Shown here: piece by piece, positions 31,404 to 40,947 of the stretch
How the letters are laid out: each line of letters begins with the position of its first letter
How positions within the stretch are numbered: position 1 is the stretch's first letter
Source: Candidatus Bathyarchaeum tardum
GTDB lineage: Archaea; Thermoproteota; Bathyarchaeia; Bathyarchaeales; Bathyarchaeaceae
NCBI GenBank assembly: GCA_024650005.2
Contig: CP122380.1
Span: forward strand, 512,001-576,000
DNA: 64,000 bases
Direction: 5' to 3'
The notes under the pieces: generated by a model
Told to the model about the DNA's origin: nothing
Seen by the model: the letters and a program-made list of their open reading frames with translations, nothing else
The model's database searches: none
Translations under genes and position numbers: made by a program

Positions 31404-33779
31404 ATGAAAATGCAAATAAATAAAAAAATATACTCAGGTCTTTTAGTAACGCTACTAGCCCTATCCGCAATCGCAATCGCAATTCCTTCTGCATACGCAG
31501 CTGTCACTGATATTACAGTAAAAAATTCAATTACCGGTGTTACAATTACTAGCGCAACTGTCGGAACAATGGTCAACATTGAAGGTGTAGGTGCTACTAA
31601 CTTCGGTCTGGTCCAGATTTTCTGGGATAGTCTAGGTACGAAATTAGGAGAAGCCTATGCTGATGGCAGTGGCAACTTCATATTGAGAAACGTCTTAATT
31701 CCTGAAGACGTTGCTGGGACTCACAATATTATTGCCCAGGATCAATTATCAAGCACTATCTACGCCGAAGTCTTCACTATTAACCCTAAGGTAACTGTTT
31801 CTTCAAACAAAGCCTTACCTGGTGACTCACTTACAGTTGCAGGAACTGGTTTGGGCGACGAAACTGCCGTAAAACTTTACCTGGGAGCACTAACTCCTGT
31901 AACATCCGAAGCACTAGACATGACAACAATGATGTTGGAACACACACCAGTGGTAATCAAAACAGTTGATATGGATGTCGACGTACTAATTAACGGAACC
32001 CTTGGTGGTGATGAAGACTTCACTAACGTGGCTGATACAGTACTTACCGTTGTTGATAATGGTAAAGGAGTACTTTCTGGTTCCTTAAATGGCGTAGACG
32101 TTTTAACTGCCTCATATGATGGTACAGTTAATGTAACTGTTACAGGTACAATTAACTATGCTACAGGTGCAGTCACCCTTACCGCTACTGGAATAGATGG
32201 AGATATTGCTGGTGATGACGCAGTAACTAATATTGTAATATTGGTTGATGCAGCTGATGTAGCTTATGAATATGCTCAATATGATGTGACTCCTGCAGCT
32301 GGCGTAGAAACTAGTGAACTAGGCTCTTTTAGTACTAGTATAATGATTCCTGCAATTACTGTCGCCAATTATGGTAATTATCTGTTCACTGCAATTGACT
32401 CTGATGGAAATCAAGTAAGCCCAGCACCAGTAAATTACATATCAGTTAACTACTACATCATTGCAAGCCCAACATCGGGTCCTGCTGGCATTACTGTCAA
32501 CCTATCTGGTAGAATTCCAGCAAGCACTGCTTATGAAATCAGACTTGGTTCAACAACAATCGCTACTGGAACTTCAGGTGCTGATACTACATTCACTCAA
32601 ACTCATGTAATATCTGCATTCCTTGCAGTAACTACTCACACTTTCTCAGTTGTTTGGGGTGTAACTAATGTCCGAACAGCAGATTTTGAAGTTACTAATG
32701 CTCCTCAGATTGCATTGTCTTCAGCTTCAGGAATGGCTGGTCAAGTCATTACCATTAGCAGTGTAACAGGCTATCCTTTCATTAGGGGTGCTGACCTTAC
32801 TTTGCTCATTAATGGTGTTGTTGTAAACAGTACTGAACTGGATGATCGCTTTGGTCCAACCAGTGCATCTACTGGATACTTCACTGACTTAGAATTTACA
32901 GTCCCATCCCTTGCTCCAGCAACCTACACACTTGAACTTAGAGACTCATATGGTGCAACAACTGGAAACCAGTATACATTCACTGTTACCGCAACTCCAA
33001 CAACTTCAGTTTCACTGAGTGGAACAAGCTATTATGTTGGTGACACTATAAGCTTCGTCATTTCAACTACTGATGCTAGCACTACTAACGTTGACGTTAC
33101 CATTCGTAGCCCAACTGGTGCAGTATGGTGGACAGCTGATAACTGGGTTCTAACTGGAACTGCAGTTCGAACAGTACTCTTCCAAGATCAACTATATGGA
33201 AGTGCAGGCGTTCGTGCAACTTTGCCCGACGATGCTCCTCTGGGCTCTTGGAACTGGACCGTTACATACAGCAACTCTGCTAAAGCAGTTAACAAAGCAA
33301 CTGGCTTGTTCACTGTTGCCGCAAAAGCTACCTTAGACACTGTCACTGCTGACATTGCAGACTTAGTTGATGAAATCTCTGACATATCTGGTGACATTGC
33401 AACAATCAGAACAAATGTAAATAACGTCAGAAACTTGATCGAAGCCTTGGACATTGACATTCCAGACATGACCGCACTAACCAATGACATTGCCTCTTTG
33501 AAGGTATCTGTTAATTCACTTGACGCTGTTGTAACAGCAATCGCTGGTGACGTAGCTACTGTTGACACTAAAATAGGAACACTCACTGGAACTATCACAA
33601 GCATTGATGGCGATATCGCAACAATCCAAACTGATGTTGGTACACTACAAGCAGACCTTAGTGACGTTAAAGCTAACGTTGACAATACACCCGCATGGAT
33701 CGCAGTAGTACTTGCTCTGGTTGCAGCTGTAGCAGCAATCTTTGCTGTTATTACTATCCGCCAAAAAATCGCAGGCTAA
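31404..33779 (+). CDS. Large surface/S-layer-like glycoprotein with Ig-like domains, repeat stalk and C-terminal TM
   Basis: Signal peptide, Thr/Val-rich beta domains, NxS/T sites, GDIATI repeats, terminal TM plus RQK. Strongly biased codon usage. Confidence 0.7.
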   Translation: MKMQINKKIYSGLLVTLLALSAIAIAIPSAYAAVTDITVKNSITGVTITSATVGTMVNIEGVGATNFGLVQIFWDSLGTKLGEAYADGSGNFILRNVLIPEDVAGTHNIIAQDQLSSTIYAEVFTINPKVTVSSNKALPGDSLTVAGTGLGDETAVKLYLGALTPVTSEALDMTTMMLEHTPVVIKTVDMDVDVLINGTLGGDEDFTNVADTVLTVVDNGKGVLSGSLNGVDVLTASYDGTVNVTVTGTINYATGAVTLTATGIDGDIAGDDAVTNIVILVDAADVAYEYAQYDVTPAAGVETSELGSFSTSIMIPAITVANYGNYLFTAIDSDGNQVSPAPVNYISVNYYIIASPTSGPAGITVNLSGRIPASTAYEIRLGSTTIATGTSGADTTFTQTHVISAFLAVTTHTFSVVWGVTNVRTADFEVTNAPQIALSSASGMAGQVITISSVTGYPFIRGADLTLLINGVVVNSTELDDRFGPTSASTGYFTDLEFTVPSLAPATYTLELRDSYGATTGNQYTFTVTATPTTSVSLSGTSYYVGDTISFVISTTDASTTNVDVTIRSPTGAVWWTADNWVLTGTAVRTVLFQDQLYGSAGVRATLPDDAPLGSWNWTVTYSNSAKAVNKATGLFTVAAKATLDTVTADIADLVDEISDISGDIATIRTNVNNVRNLIEALDIDIPDMTALTNDIASLKVSVNSLDAVVTAIAGDVATVDTKIGTLTGTITSIDGDIATIQTDVGTLQADLSDVKANVDNTPAWIAVVLALVAAVAAIFAVITIRQKIAG

Positions 33780-33922
33780 AATCAACAACCCTTTAGGGAA
33801 TTTTTTCCCTCTCTCTTTTTTTGTTTTATTTTCTAAACAGCTTATGTTGTAAATTTTTTTTGTATACTTTTCCCGAAAATCTTATACCGTATGAAATGCG
33901 ATACTTTTACGGGTGTTTGATT

Positions 33923-34606
33923 TTGCAGTTTCTAAAACATATTAAAGTTAGGCAAGTTGAAAACAGACCTGAAGATGCATGGTATGATATGAGCCTTCGC
34001 CAGTTGCGAACTGGAGAAGTGATTTTTTATCGCGTTAACGATTTTCTTACAGGGGAATGGCTTTTCAAGCTTTGTAAAGATAATGAACTTGGAAAAATTA
34101 CTTTAAAAGCTGTGAAGTGTCCTGCTGGAATGTTTTTTTCTCAATTAGAAGGAAAATCAATGTTGTTTCAAGATAGTAGAATTGATGGAATGTTATATGA
34201 CGTTCTTTCTTTGACTGAGTTGGATGACAAACGCAAACTTAAACGAAATGTTGTTTCAACTATTGATGAAGTTCCTGCGATAATTAAAGAAAACTATGAA
34301 ATCAAATCTTATGAAGAAGCAACTGGCAAAAAAGCACCTGGAAAATATCTGGTGACTTTGCACAAAAAGAATAATGAAAAAGAACTTGTTACCCTTTTTG
34401 TTCTTGAGCGTGCATGGGGGCTTTCAGAAATATCTCCTGAAGAAAAGCTAAACAAAAAACAAGAAACTGCAAAAACCAAAAAGGTGACAAAAAAAGAAGT
34501 TGACACTGGACATGATCTGGTTTGTCCAATTTGTGGCAAGACCCATAGGCTAGTGCATGTGGAAACAGAAAAATCTGTTAAACATGTGTTACGAAAAACG
34601 ACTTAG
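33923..34606 (+). CDS. Hypothetical protein with C-terminal CPICG..H Zn-finger
   Basis: Intact ORF. TTG 33923 after GGGTG is the likely start. Confidence 0.6.
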   Translation: MQFLKHIKVRQVENRPEDAWYDMSLRQLRTGEVIFYRVNDFLTGEWLFKLCKDNELGKITLKAVKCPAGMFFSQLEGKSMLFQDSRIDGMLYDVLSLTELDDKRKLKRNVVSTIDEVPAIIKENYEIKSYEEATGKKAPGKYLVTLHKKNNEKELVTLFVLERAWGLSEISPEEKLNKKQETAKTKKVTKKEVDTGHDLVCPICGKTHRLVHVETEKSVKHVLRKTT

Positions 34607-34652
34607 TTGTTTGGCACAGAACTTTTTATGCTTTTTTCTGGTATTTTGTTGT

Positions 34653-35702
34653 TTATTTTTGTGTCCTTTCGTCGATCTGTTTGCAGATTTTTTCGACAAC
34701 TTCTACGTTTTCGTATCCCATTTCTGGAGTGACTAGGGGGTCACCGTTTCCTGATATGCTGTCTACAAACGATTTGATTATTCTGGCGTGGGAAATGCTG
34801 TAATTTCGAGGTCCTGTTCTTTTCTTTATGATGTTTTTCAAATAAGCGCCCCAGATTTTGGCTTGTTGGGTGACGTTGCCAAAATGTAGTACTCCTCGTC
34901 CGGGTTTTGAAACAAGCAGGCTGCTTACTGGGTAAATGTCTGCGTGGATTGTTCCGCTTGTGCCGTAGATATCTGTGTGAACAACAGTTCGGTCGTGGCC
35001 TGAAGCATTAAAGCTAATGTGGATTGTTCCGAACTTGTTTTTTTCTGCTTCTAGCATCACTCGTAATTCGTCTATGGGCATCCACGGATTGGGACCGAGT
35101 TTATCGGTTAGCACTGATTTTATTTTTAGATCCCCTAGAAACCCTTGTAGCAAATAAACCGGGTGGGGCAAGTTTTCTCCAAATCTGCCTCCTGGAAGTT
35201 TGTGGCACCAATGATTTTTGTCACCAGCCATTATTTCATCGGGGCTGTGCAAAACAGAGACGTCCATGCCTATTACTTGGCCGATTTCTCCGGATTTGAC
35301 TTTTTTCATGGCACTGAAAATTGAATGCTCAAAGAGTTGACTATGGATTATGGTCATTTTTCCTGAAGTTTTTTGAAGCACGCCCATTAATTTTTCTGCG
35401 TCTTCCGTGTTTATGGTAAATGGTTTTTCAACTACTATGTTGCAGTTTGATTTTAGGGCTTCTATTGCTACGTCTGCGTGAAATTTTGGTGGAACACAAA
35501 CAGAGATTGCAGAAAGGTTTTCTTTTTTTAACATTTCAGGCAAACTAGTGTAATATGCTGGAATTTTCCAGTTTTTGGTGAATTCTTTAGCTAATTTTTC
35601 GTTCAGGTCACAAGCTGCGGTTACTGTCACTCCGGCGTCTCTCCATGCGTTAACATGTATGCCAGAAATGAATCCGCAGCCGACTACTCCCACTTTTATC
35701 AT
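34653..35702 (-). CDS. Gfo/Idh/MocA-family NAD(P)-dependent oxidoreductase
   Basis: VGVVGCGFI Rossmann motif, EKP motif. Confidence 0.88.
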   Translation of the reverse strand: MIKVGVVGCGFISGIHVNAWRDAGVTVTAACDLNEKLAKEFTKNWKIPAYYTSLPEMLKKENLSAISVCVPPKFHADVAIEALKSNCNIVVEKPFTINTEDAEKLMGVLQKTSGKMTIIHSQLFEHSIFSAMKKVKSGEIGQVIGMDVSVLHSPDEIMAGDKNHWCHKLPGGRFGENLPHPVYLLQGFLGDLKIKSVLTDKLGPNPWMPIDELRVMLEAEKNKFGTIHISFNASGHDRTVVHTDIYGTSGTIHADIYPVSSLLVSKPGRGVLHFGNVTQQAKIWGAYLKNIIKKRTGPRNYSISHARIIKSFVDSISGNGDPLVTPEMGYENVEVVEKICKQIDERTQK

Positions 35703-35931
35703 GAACTTTTTCCACCTTTTCATCAAATAATTAATCTAATAAAAAAGAGTATCTCAACCTGAAGAAATCGTTTCATTGTGTTGCTATGCTTTTGAGAAAG
35801 TTGGTGAATCAGGAGTTTTGATTTTGAATTGATTTGTGTTTTTTCCGTAATATTAAAATATGTATTGTGTAGTAATATTTAATACTAGTTTGGAGCATGC
35901 CAAACTAAATTATGCTTAGAATGGTGAAACC

Positions 35932-36066
35932 ATGAAAAACACAACAAATTGGCAACTTTATAACGTCAATGATTCTGGAAAAACCAGTAAAAAATCCCTT
36001 GACTCAGAAATTGAAGATAAAGAACTTCTAAGAAAACTTAAACTCGTAGAAAAAGCCTTCAAATAA
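35932..36066 (+). CDS. Small hypothetical protein (44 aa; not in ORF track)
   Basis: GGTGA SD, MKNTTNWQLYNVNDSGKTSKKSLDSEIEDKELLRKLKLVEKAFK, T-rich 3' flank. Confidence 0.45.
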   Translation: MKNTTNWQLYNVNDSGKTSKKSLDSEIEDKELLRKLKLVEKAFK

Positions 36067-36328
36067 TTTTCCGTTTTTGATTTTCACTTTTGAGTGATTA
36101 GCTGTTTATTATTACAGGCTAATTGCTGCCGTTTTTTATTTCTTGTTGTATTTGAAAGTATGCAACTTTTTGTTCCCTTTTTGCAGCTTTGGATTTTGGT
36201 TAGAACTGGGTTAAATTCTGAAAAAACTGTTTATAAAACGGGTCAGGGCTGTTTTTTGTTTCCTATGATGAGGTCTAACCAAGAAACTATAGAACCGCGA
36301 TTGCATTAATATTGGAAAACATGATTAA

Positions 36329-36474
36329 TGGCGCCGAGGGAGGGATTTGAACCCTCGCGACCCAATGGATCACAGGCTTTCCGTAGTCGGAGAAGTTCCA
36401 GGCTTATGCTTCCAAAGATGGAATCTGCTCCCTACCAGATTTCCCGCAACAGTGTTGCTCTAGGAGACCTCGGC
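36329..36474 (-). tRNA. tRNA-Ser(GGA) with three introns and encoded CCA
   Basis: Removing 36440..36459, 36404..36424 and 36379..36395 gives an 88-nt cloverleaf: acceptor GCCGAGG/CCUCGGC, anticodon stem CAGGC/GCCUG with loop CU-GGA-AA, long variable arm, T arm GAGGG-UUCAAAU-CCCUC, G discriminator. Confidence 0.9.
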
Positions 36475-36530
36475 ACAACTGTAGAATAGCAACAGACCTG
36501 TTTTTTAGTCTTTTCGGAAAAAATCAAAAA

Positions 36531-37553
36531 CTACTGGTTACTATGCCACTTTTTGGGATAAATTCCCCGTGGCATCATCACTCTTTCTGTTTTTGCCACA
36601 AATCCATGGTCCATTTTCATTACATTTTCCGTAGATACTACTGCTTTTGCTAAACTGATTGCTTCCCCTTTTTGAGTTAAAACTGCAACAGTATCATCAA
36701 TTTTAATTCCAGCATCCAATGCTAACACTCCGGGAGCTGTTAGATGTGCTCCATGGCATAGCGCGTCTACTGCAGTGTCTCGCACGTAGATTTTAGGCAA
36801 TTGTATGAGGGCTTTTTCCATGGGCGAAACAAATTTTCTGAGTATGTTTTCATCTTTTGTTTCTTGCCATTTGCTGTACAAATATGATATGTCATGAAGC
36901 GTGACTAGACTTTCGTCTTCAGTGAAAGGTCCAACCCGTGTTCTACGCAGTTCTTGCATGTGGGCGCCACATCCTAGGACTTCACCGATGTCGTAGCAGA
37001 GTTTTCGTATGTAAGTTCCTGCTTCGCAGCCAACCTTGAAAAGGACACTTTTTTCTTTCATTTCGATAAAGTCGTTGTAGTAGACTGTTCGTATTCTTAA
37101 TTGCCGTTTAACTGCAGAACGAACAGGGGGTCTTTGGTAAAGTGGACCTTGAAATTCTTCTAGAACCTGTTTTACTTTTTGTTCGGAAACTTGAGAATGT
37201 AGCCTCATAACGCAGACGTATTCTTTGCCTGCAAGTAACAGTGCCTGAATGACTTTTGTAGCATCATCTAGGGCATGCGGTAAAACACCAGTTACTTTGG
37301 GATTTCCCCGGCTAAATTAAGCCTCAAGGGTCCCGCCGTGACCAGCGCGTTCAAGACCAAGGATACGTTTTAACCATGCTGTAACTTCGTGGCTTGATGG
37401 TCCAGCAGGCTTGTCCACGTTGATTATGCCAAATCGTATGTATTCTTTTATCGGGCGTTCTTCAGGTTTGTGCCCAAAATTAGGGTCGGTTGGTTCCTCA
37501 GTCTTGATTACCAAACTTCGTTTAATTTCCCACGGTTCGTTAATTCTTCGCAT
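36531..37553 (-). CDS. cbf5: H/ACA RNA-guided pseudouridine synthase Cbf5, intron-split (333 aa after splicing)
   Basis: [17 protein letters not shown][D]PKVTG restored by removing 21 nt, [14 protein letters not shown] domain. Confidence 0.93.
37304..37324 (-). other. 21-nt BHB pre-mRNA intron in cbf5
   Basis: GGGA-CCCU-UG^A-GGCU..AGCC-GGGG-AA^A-UCCC canonical BHB. Contains in-frame UAA. Confidence 0.92.
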
Positions 37554-37593
37554 AACATTTCTCCAAAAAGGAAAAAAGAGTTAGGTCGGGCGG

Positions 37594-37854
37594 TTATTGC
37601 ATTGAATCCAGTTTCCCTGCTGCCTTTAGTGCCTCAGTGATTTCGTCGTCAGTTGCGCCTCGTTTTATTTCAACAGATTCTTTGGTTGGCTGTAGATGCT
37701 CAACGTTTGAGCGTCTTCGTTTTACTCCGTTAACTGCTTTTGGTCCGGTGATTAATGCAAAGTTCTTGTCCACTACGTCAACGATAACGCATTTTTTTCC
37801 TGCTTCACGCCCTACAATTTTAACGCAAATTTTTCCTACTTCTATTGCAGGCAA
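37594..37854 (-). CDS. rpl14e: 50S ribosomal protein L14e
   Basis: [35 protein letters not shown]; conserved linkage to cbf5. Confidence 0.93.
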   Translation of the reverse strand: MPAIEVGKICVKIVGREAGKKCVIVDVVDKNFALITGPKAVNGVKRRRSNVEHLQPTKESVEIKRGATDDEITEALKAAGKLDSMQ

Positions 37855-38492
37855 TTTAAACCCTCGCCACTTTGACTAGGAGTACACATGTTTATACTTT
37901 ACTCATGCAAATGAAAACCCAATTAAGTTAATTGCCATTTGTTAATGTTGTTTTGTCCAACTCTTTTTAATATGGGTTTTTAGTGAATAAATTTTTTCCA
38001 AAAATATATTTGAAATTCAGAATGGTTTTATTTTCATAATCCGAATCAGACTTGAGCGCACGCAGATTTCATAATAGTTTAACATCAGCGTTTCCACGAA
38101 CTATTTTGCCCCTTCGTTGCGTGCGCTCCTACCCTAGATTTATTTTTTAGAAAACATATGAACAAAAGATGTTATTCTTATTTTTTCAAAAAAAGGCAGT
38201 TTCCAATATTAAAGTTCTATTAGTAATAGCATGTTCAAGCATGAATGACAGTTTATGATTTAATCAATTATTTTTTGCAAAAACGGATTTTTAGTCTAAT
38301 TGCGATTCCAAGGCAAATGAAAACTGATTTTATTGTTTTCAGGAGCCATTTTTTTGTTTTTCATTTATTTACTCGTCTAACGAATTGATGTTATTGTTGC
38401 ACGGTTTCCATGATATTCTAGTTTTTTTCATTATTTTATAATGAGAACAATGTGGTTATCTTTTTAGCTGTTGCTCCTGTTATACTTGCTAG

Positions 38493-39338
38493 ATGGTTAA
38501 GTTGACTGTTTTTGTAACCAAATTTGATGGAACTAAACAGCCCTATAGCAGAGCAAAAATTGTGAAGACTTGTATGCGTATGGGTGTTTCTAGGCAAGTT
38601 GCTGAATCGATTGCAGCTGAGATTGAAACTAAACTGTTTGATGGCATTGAAACGAAGAAAATTCTTCAAATGATTTTCAAGAAATTGAAAAGACACAAAC
38701 CTGTGGTTAAACATCAAATTGATTTGCGTAGGGCTTTGGGTTTGTTACGTTCTGCCCCTGATTTTGAGCTTTTTGTGCAGTTGCTTTTGTCTGAACATGG
38801 TTACGATGTTACTGCTAACCGAATTGTTCGTGGGATGTGTGTGGAACATGAGGTTGATGGAATTGTTCGTAGGGATGGGGAAACTGCCATTTTGGAAGTA
38901 AAACACCATTCTAACCATCATACTCCAACAAATTTGGATGTAAGCAGAATTTCTCGAGCAGTTTTTGAAGATTTGACCGAAGGCTACGATCATGGTTTTA
39001 ATGACTTGAAAATAGATTATGCTATGATTGTTTGCAACACTAAACTGACTGATCACGCCAAGCGTTACGCTGATTGCAGAAGAATTAAACACGTTGGATG
39101 GAGTTCACCGAAAGATCATGATTTGCAGACGATGATTGAAGAAAAAAAGTTTTATCCTGTGACTTATTTGAGGGGCTTAACTGTTGATTCTCGGAACCGT
39201 TTAACTTCAAGGGGGATAGTTGCCCTAAAACAGTTGGTTGAAGAAAAGCCACAAACTTTATGGGCTCAAACAAGAATTGCTCGTGATAAACTTGAATTGA
39301 TTGTAAGTAAAGCGCAACAGGTGCTTTCTGCAAATTAG
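38493..39338 (+). CDS. ATP-cone plus restriction-endonuclease-fold (Mrr-like) protein
   Basis: VTKFDGTKQPYSRAKI ATP cone, FE..V..L, HEVDG, LEVKHH. Confidence 0.75.
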   Translation: MVKLTVFVTKFDGTKQPYSRAKIVKTCMRMGVSRQVAESIAAEIETKLFDGIETKKILQMIFKKLKRHKPVVKHQIDLRRALGLLRSAPDFELFVQLLLSEHGYDVTANRIVRGMCVEHEVDGIVRRDGETAILEVKHHSNHHTPTNLDVSRISRAVFEDLTEGYDHGFNDLKIDYAMIVCNTKLTDHAKRYADCRRIKHVGWSSPKDHDLQTMIEEKKFYPVTYLRGLTVDSRNRLTSRGIVALKQLVEEKPQTLWAQTRIARDKLELIVSKAQQVLSAN

Positions 39339-39413
39339 TTTCTATTCGTTTTTGAATTTGGATTTTGTATGCGCTAACTTTATTAGCGTGATTATTATGA
39401 CTTAATAGTTAAT

Positions 39414-39662
39414 ATGTTAATGCTTCGGGAAACGATTCCGTGTGCAGAACCTCATTGCAAACATAAAATGAGGCTTGTTTTCAAAAATGAACGATATGTT
39501 GGTTACCGATGTCTTTTGAAACCAAACAGCCATAACTTCAGATATGACATCCAAAATCAAAGATGGGAAATACTAATAATCAAAACAAAACCAATATTAT
39601 GTTACAAAGAATCACCTTATTCGCGCCCTGCAGAAGGCGAAGTAATGGTTGACCCAATTTAG
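39414..39662 (+). CDS. Small hypothetical Cys/His-containing protein
   Basis: CAEPHC...YRC..H pattern. Confidence 0.45.
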   Translation: MLMLRETIPCAEPHCKHKMRLVFKNERYVGYRCLLKPNSHNFRYDIQNQRWEILIIKTKPILCYKESPYSRPAEGEVMVDPI

Positions 39663-39771
39663 GTTAAATCAAAACCAGACTGTTTATGCTTAAGGTTTTT
39701 ATGTGAGTTCTGCAATCTGGACTGTTTAAATATAAGAACTCTAACAATAGAGTAACTAGAGGACAACAAGC

Positions 39772-40212
39772 ATGGGTTCTAAATCACCTAAAGGCGAACT
39801 TGCGGCAAGAAAACTACTTGCAAAAAGGAAAAAATTCAGATGGAAAGACTTGTACTATAAACGCCGCACATTACGATTGGATGTTAAATCAGACCCACTA
39901 AAGGGCGCTCCAATGGCTCGAGGAATTGTACTTGAAAAAGTAGGAATTGAAAGCAAACAGCCAAACAGTGCAGTACGCAAATGTGTACGCACACAACTTA
40001 TCAAGAACGGCAGGGTCATAACTGCGTTCCTGCCTGGAGACGGTGCATTAAACGTAGTTGATGAACACGACGAAGTAGTCGTCGAAGGAATCAGCGGTTC
40101 CCGTGGAGGAGCCATGGGTGACCTTCCAGGTGTTCGATGGAAAGTATCAACCATTAATGGAGTTTCCCTTAATGAGTTGGTTCTGGGCAAAAAAGAAAAA
40201 CCCATGCGCTAA
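39772..40212 (+). CDS. rps12: 30S ribosomal protein S12
   Basis: [18 protein letters not shown]. Confidence 0.97.
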   Translation: MGSKSPKGELAARKLLAKRKKFRWKDLYYKRRTLRLDVKSDPLKGAPMARGIVLEKVGIESKQPNSAVRKCVRTQLIKNGRVITAFLPGDGALNVVDEHDEVVVEGISGSRGGAMGDLPGVRWKVSTINGVSLNELVLGKKEKPMR

Positions 40213-40224
40213 AAATTTGTTAAG

Positions 40225-40809
40225 GTGTCTCGTTTGAGCAAAATGGAAGAAATCAAACTATTCGGAAAATGGAGCTTTGAAGGCGTCGGCGTAGAAGACC
40301 CTGGACTTAAGCAATACATTTCAGTTAAACCAATTTACATTCCCCACAGCATGGGACGACACGAACACGGAAAATTCCGTAAAGCCAAAGTCAGCATAGT
40401 TGAACGACTAATAAACAATCTTATGCGCCCTGGCAGCAGTGCAGGAAAAAAAACTCGTGCAATAACCTTGCTGAGGAACGCGTTCGAAATAATTAGTGTT
40501 CAAACTGGACAAAACCCTGTTCAAGTTCTTATAACTGCAGTAGAAAACACTGCTCCGGGAGAAGATACTACACGTATTAGTTTCGGTGGTATTGCTTATC
40601 ATCAAGCAGTAGACATTTCCCCTCAAAGACGCGTTGACATTGCATTAAGGTTCCTTTCTGAAGGTGCACGAAATCAATCCTTTGGTAATCCAAAAGCTTT
40701 GGACGAATATCTTGCTGAAGAATTGATTTTGGCTTCCAGAAACGACGTTAAAAGTTATGCCGTCAAAAAGCGCAACGAAATGGAACGCATCGCACGATCT
40801 TCACGCTAA
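40225..40809 (+). CDS. rps7: 30S ribosomal protein S7 (start may be 40234 or 40243)
   Basis: KLFGKW, IVERLINNLM, AVDISPQRRVD, ERIARSSR. Confidence 0.96.
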   Translation: MSRLSKMEEIKLFGKWSFEGVGVEDPGLKQYISVKPIYIPHSMGRHEHGKFRKAKVSIVERLINNLMRPGSSAGKKTRAITLLRNAFEIISVQTGQNPVQVLITAVENTAPGEDTTRISFGGIAYHQAVDISPQRRVDIALRFLSEGARNQSFGNPKALDEYLAEELILASRNDVKSYAVKKRNEMERIARSSR

Positions 40810-40947
40810 ATCTTTGTGTGTTGCATGTTATCCGTAAAGAATACAGTTGAATTAGTTAGAGAACTCTTTCAAAAAGTTAAAATAACTGAACCAACTGTTC
40901 TCTCTACGAATCACACTCATAAAGAGTAAAAAGGAGAACAAAAAGAA

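Noticed and set aside
36531-37553. cbf5 as a pseudogene or two separate ORFs (as in the ORF track)
   Set aside because: A single canonical BHB insert at the known intron site explains the break, and the rest of the gene is intact.
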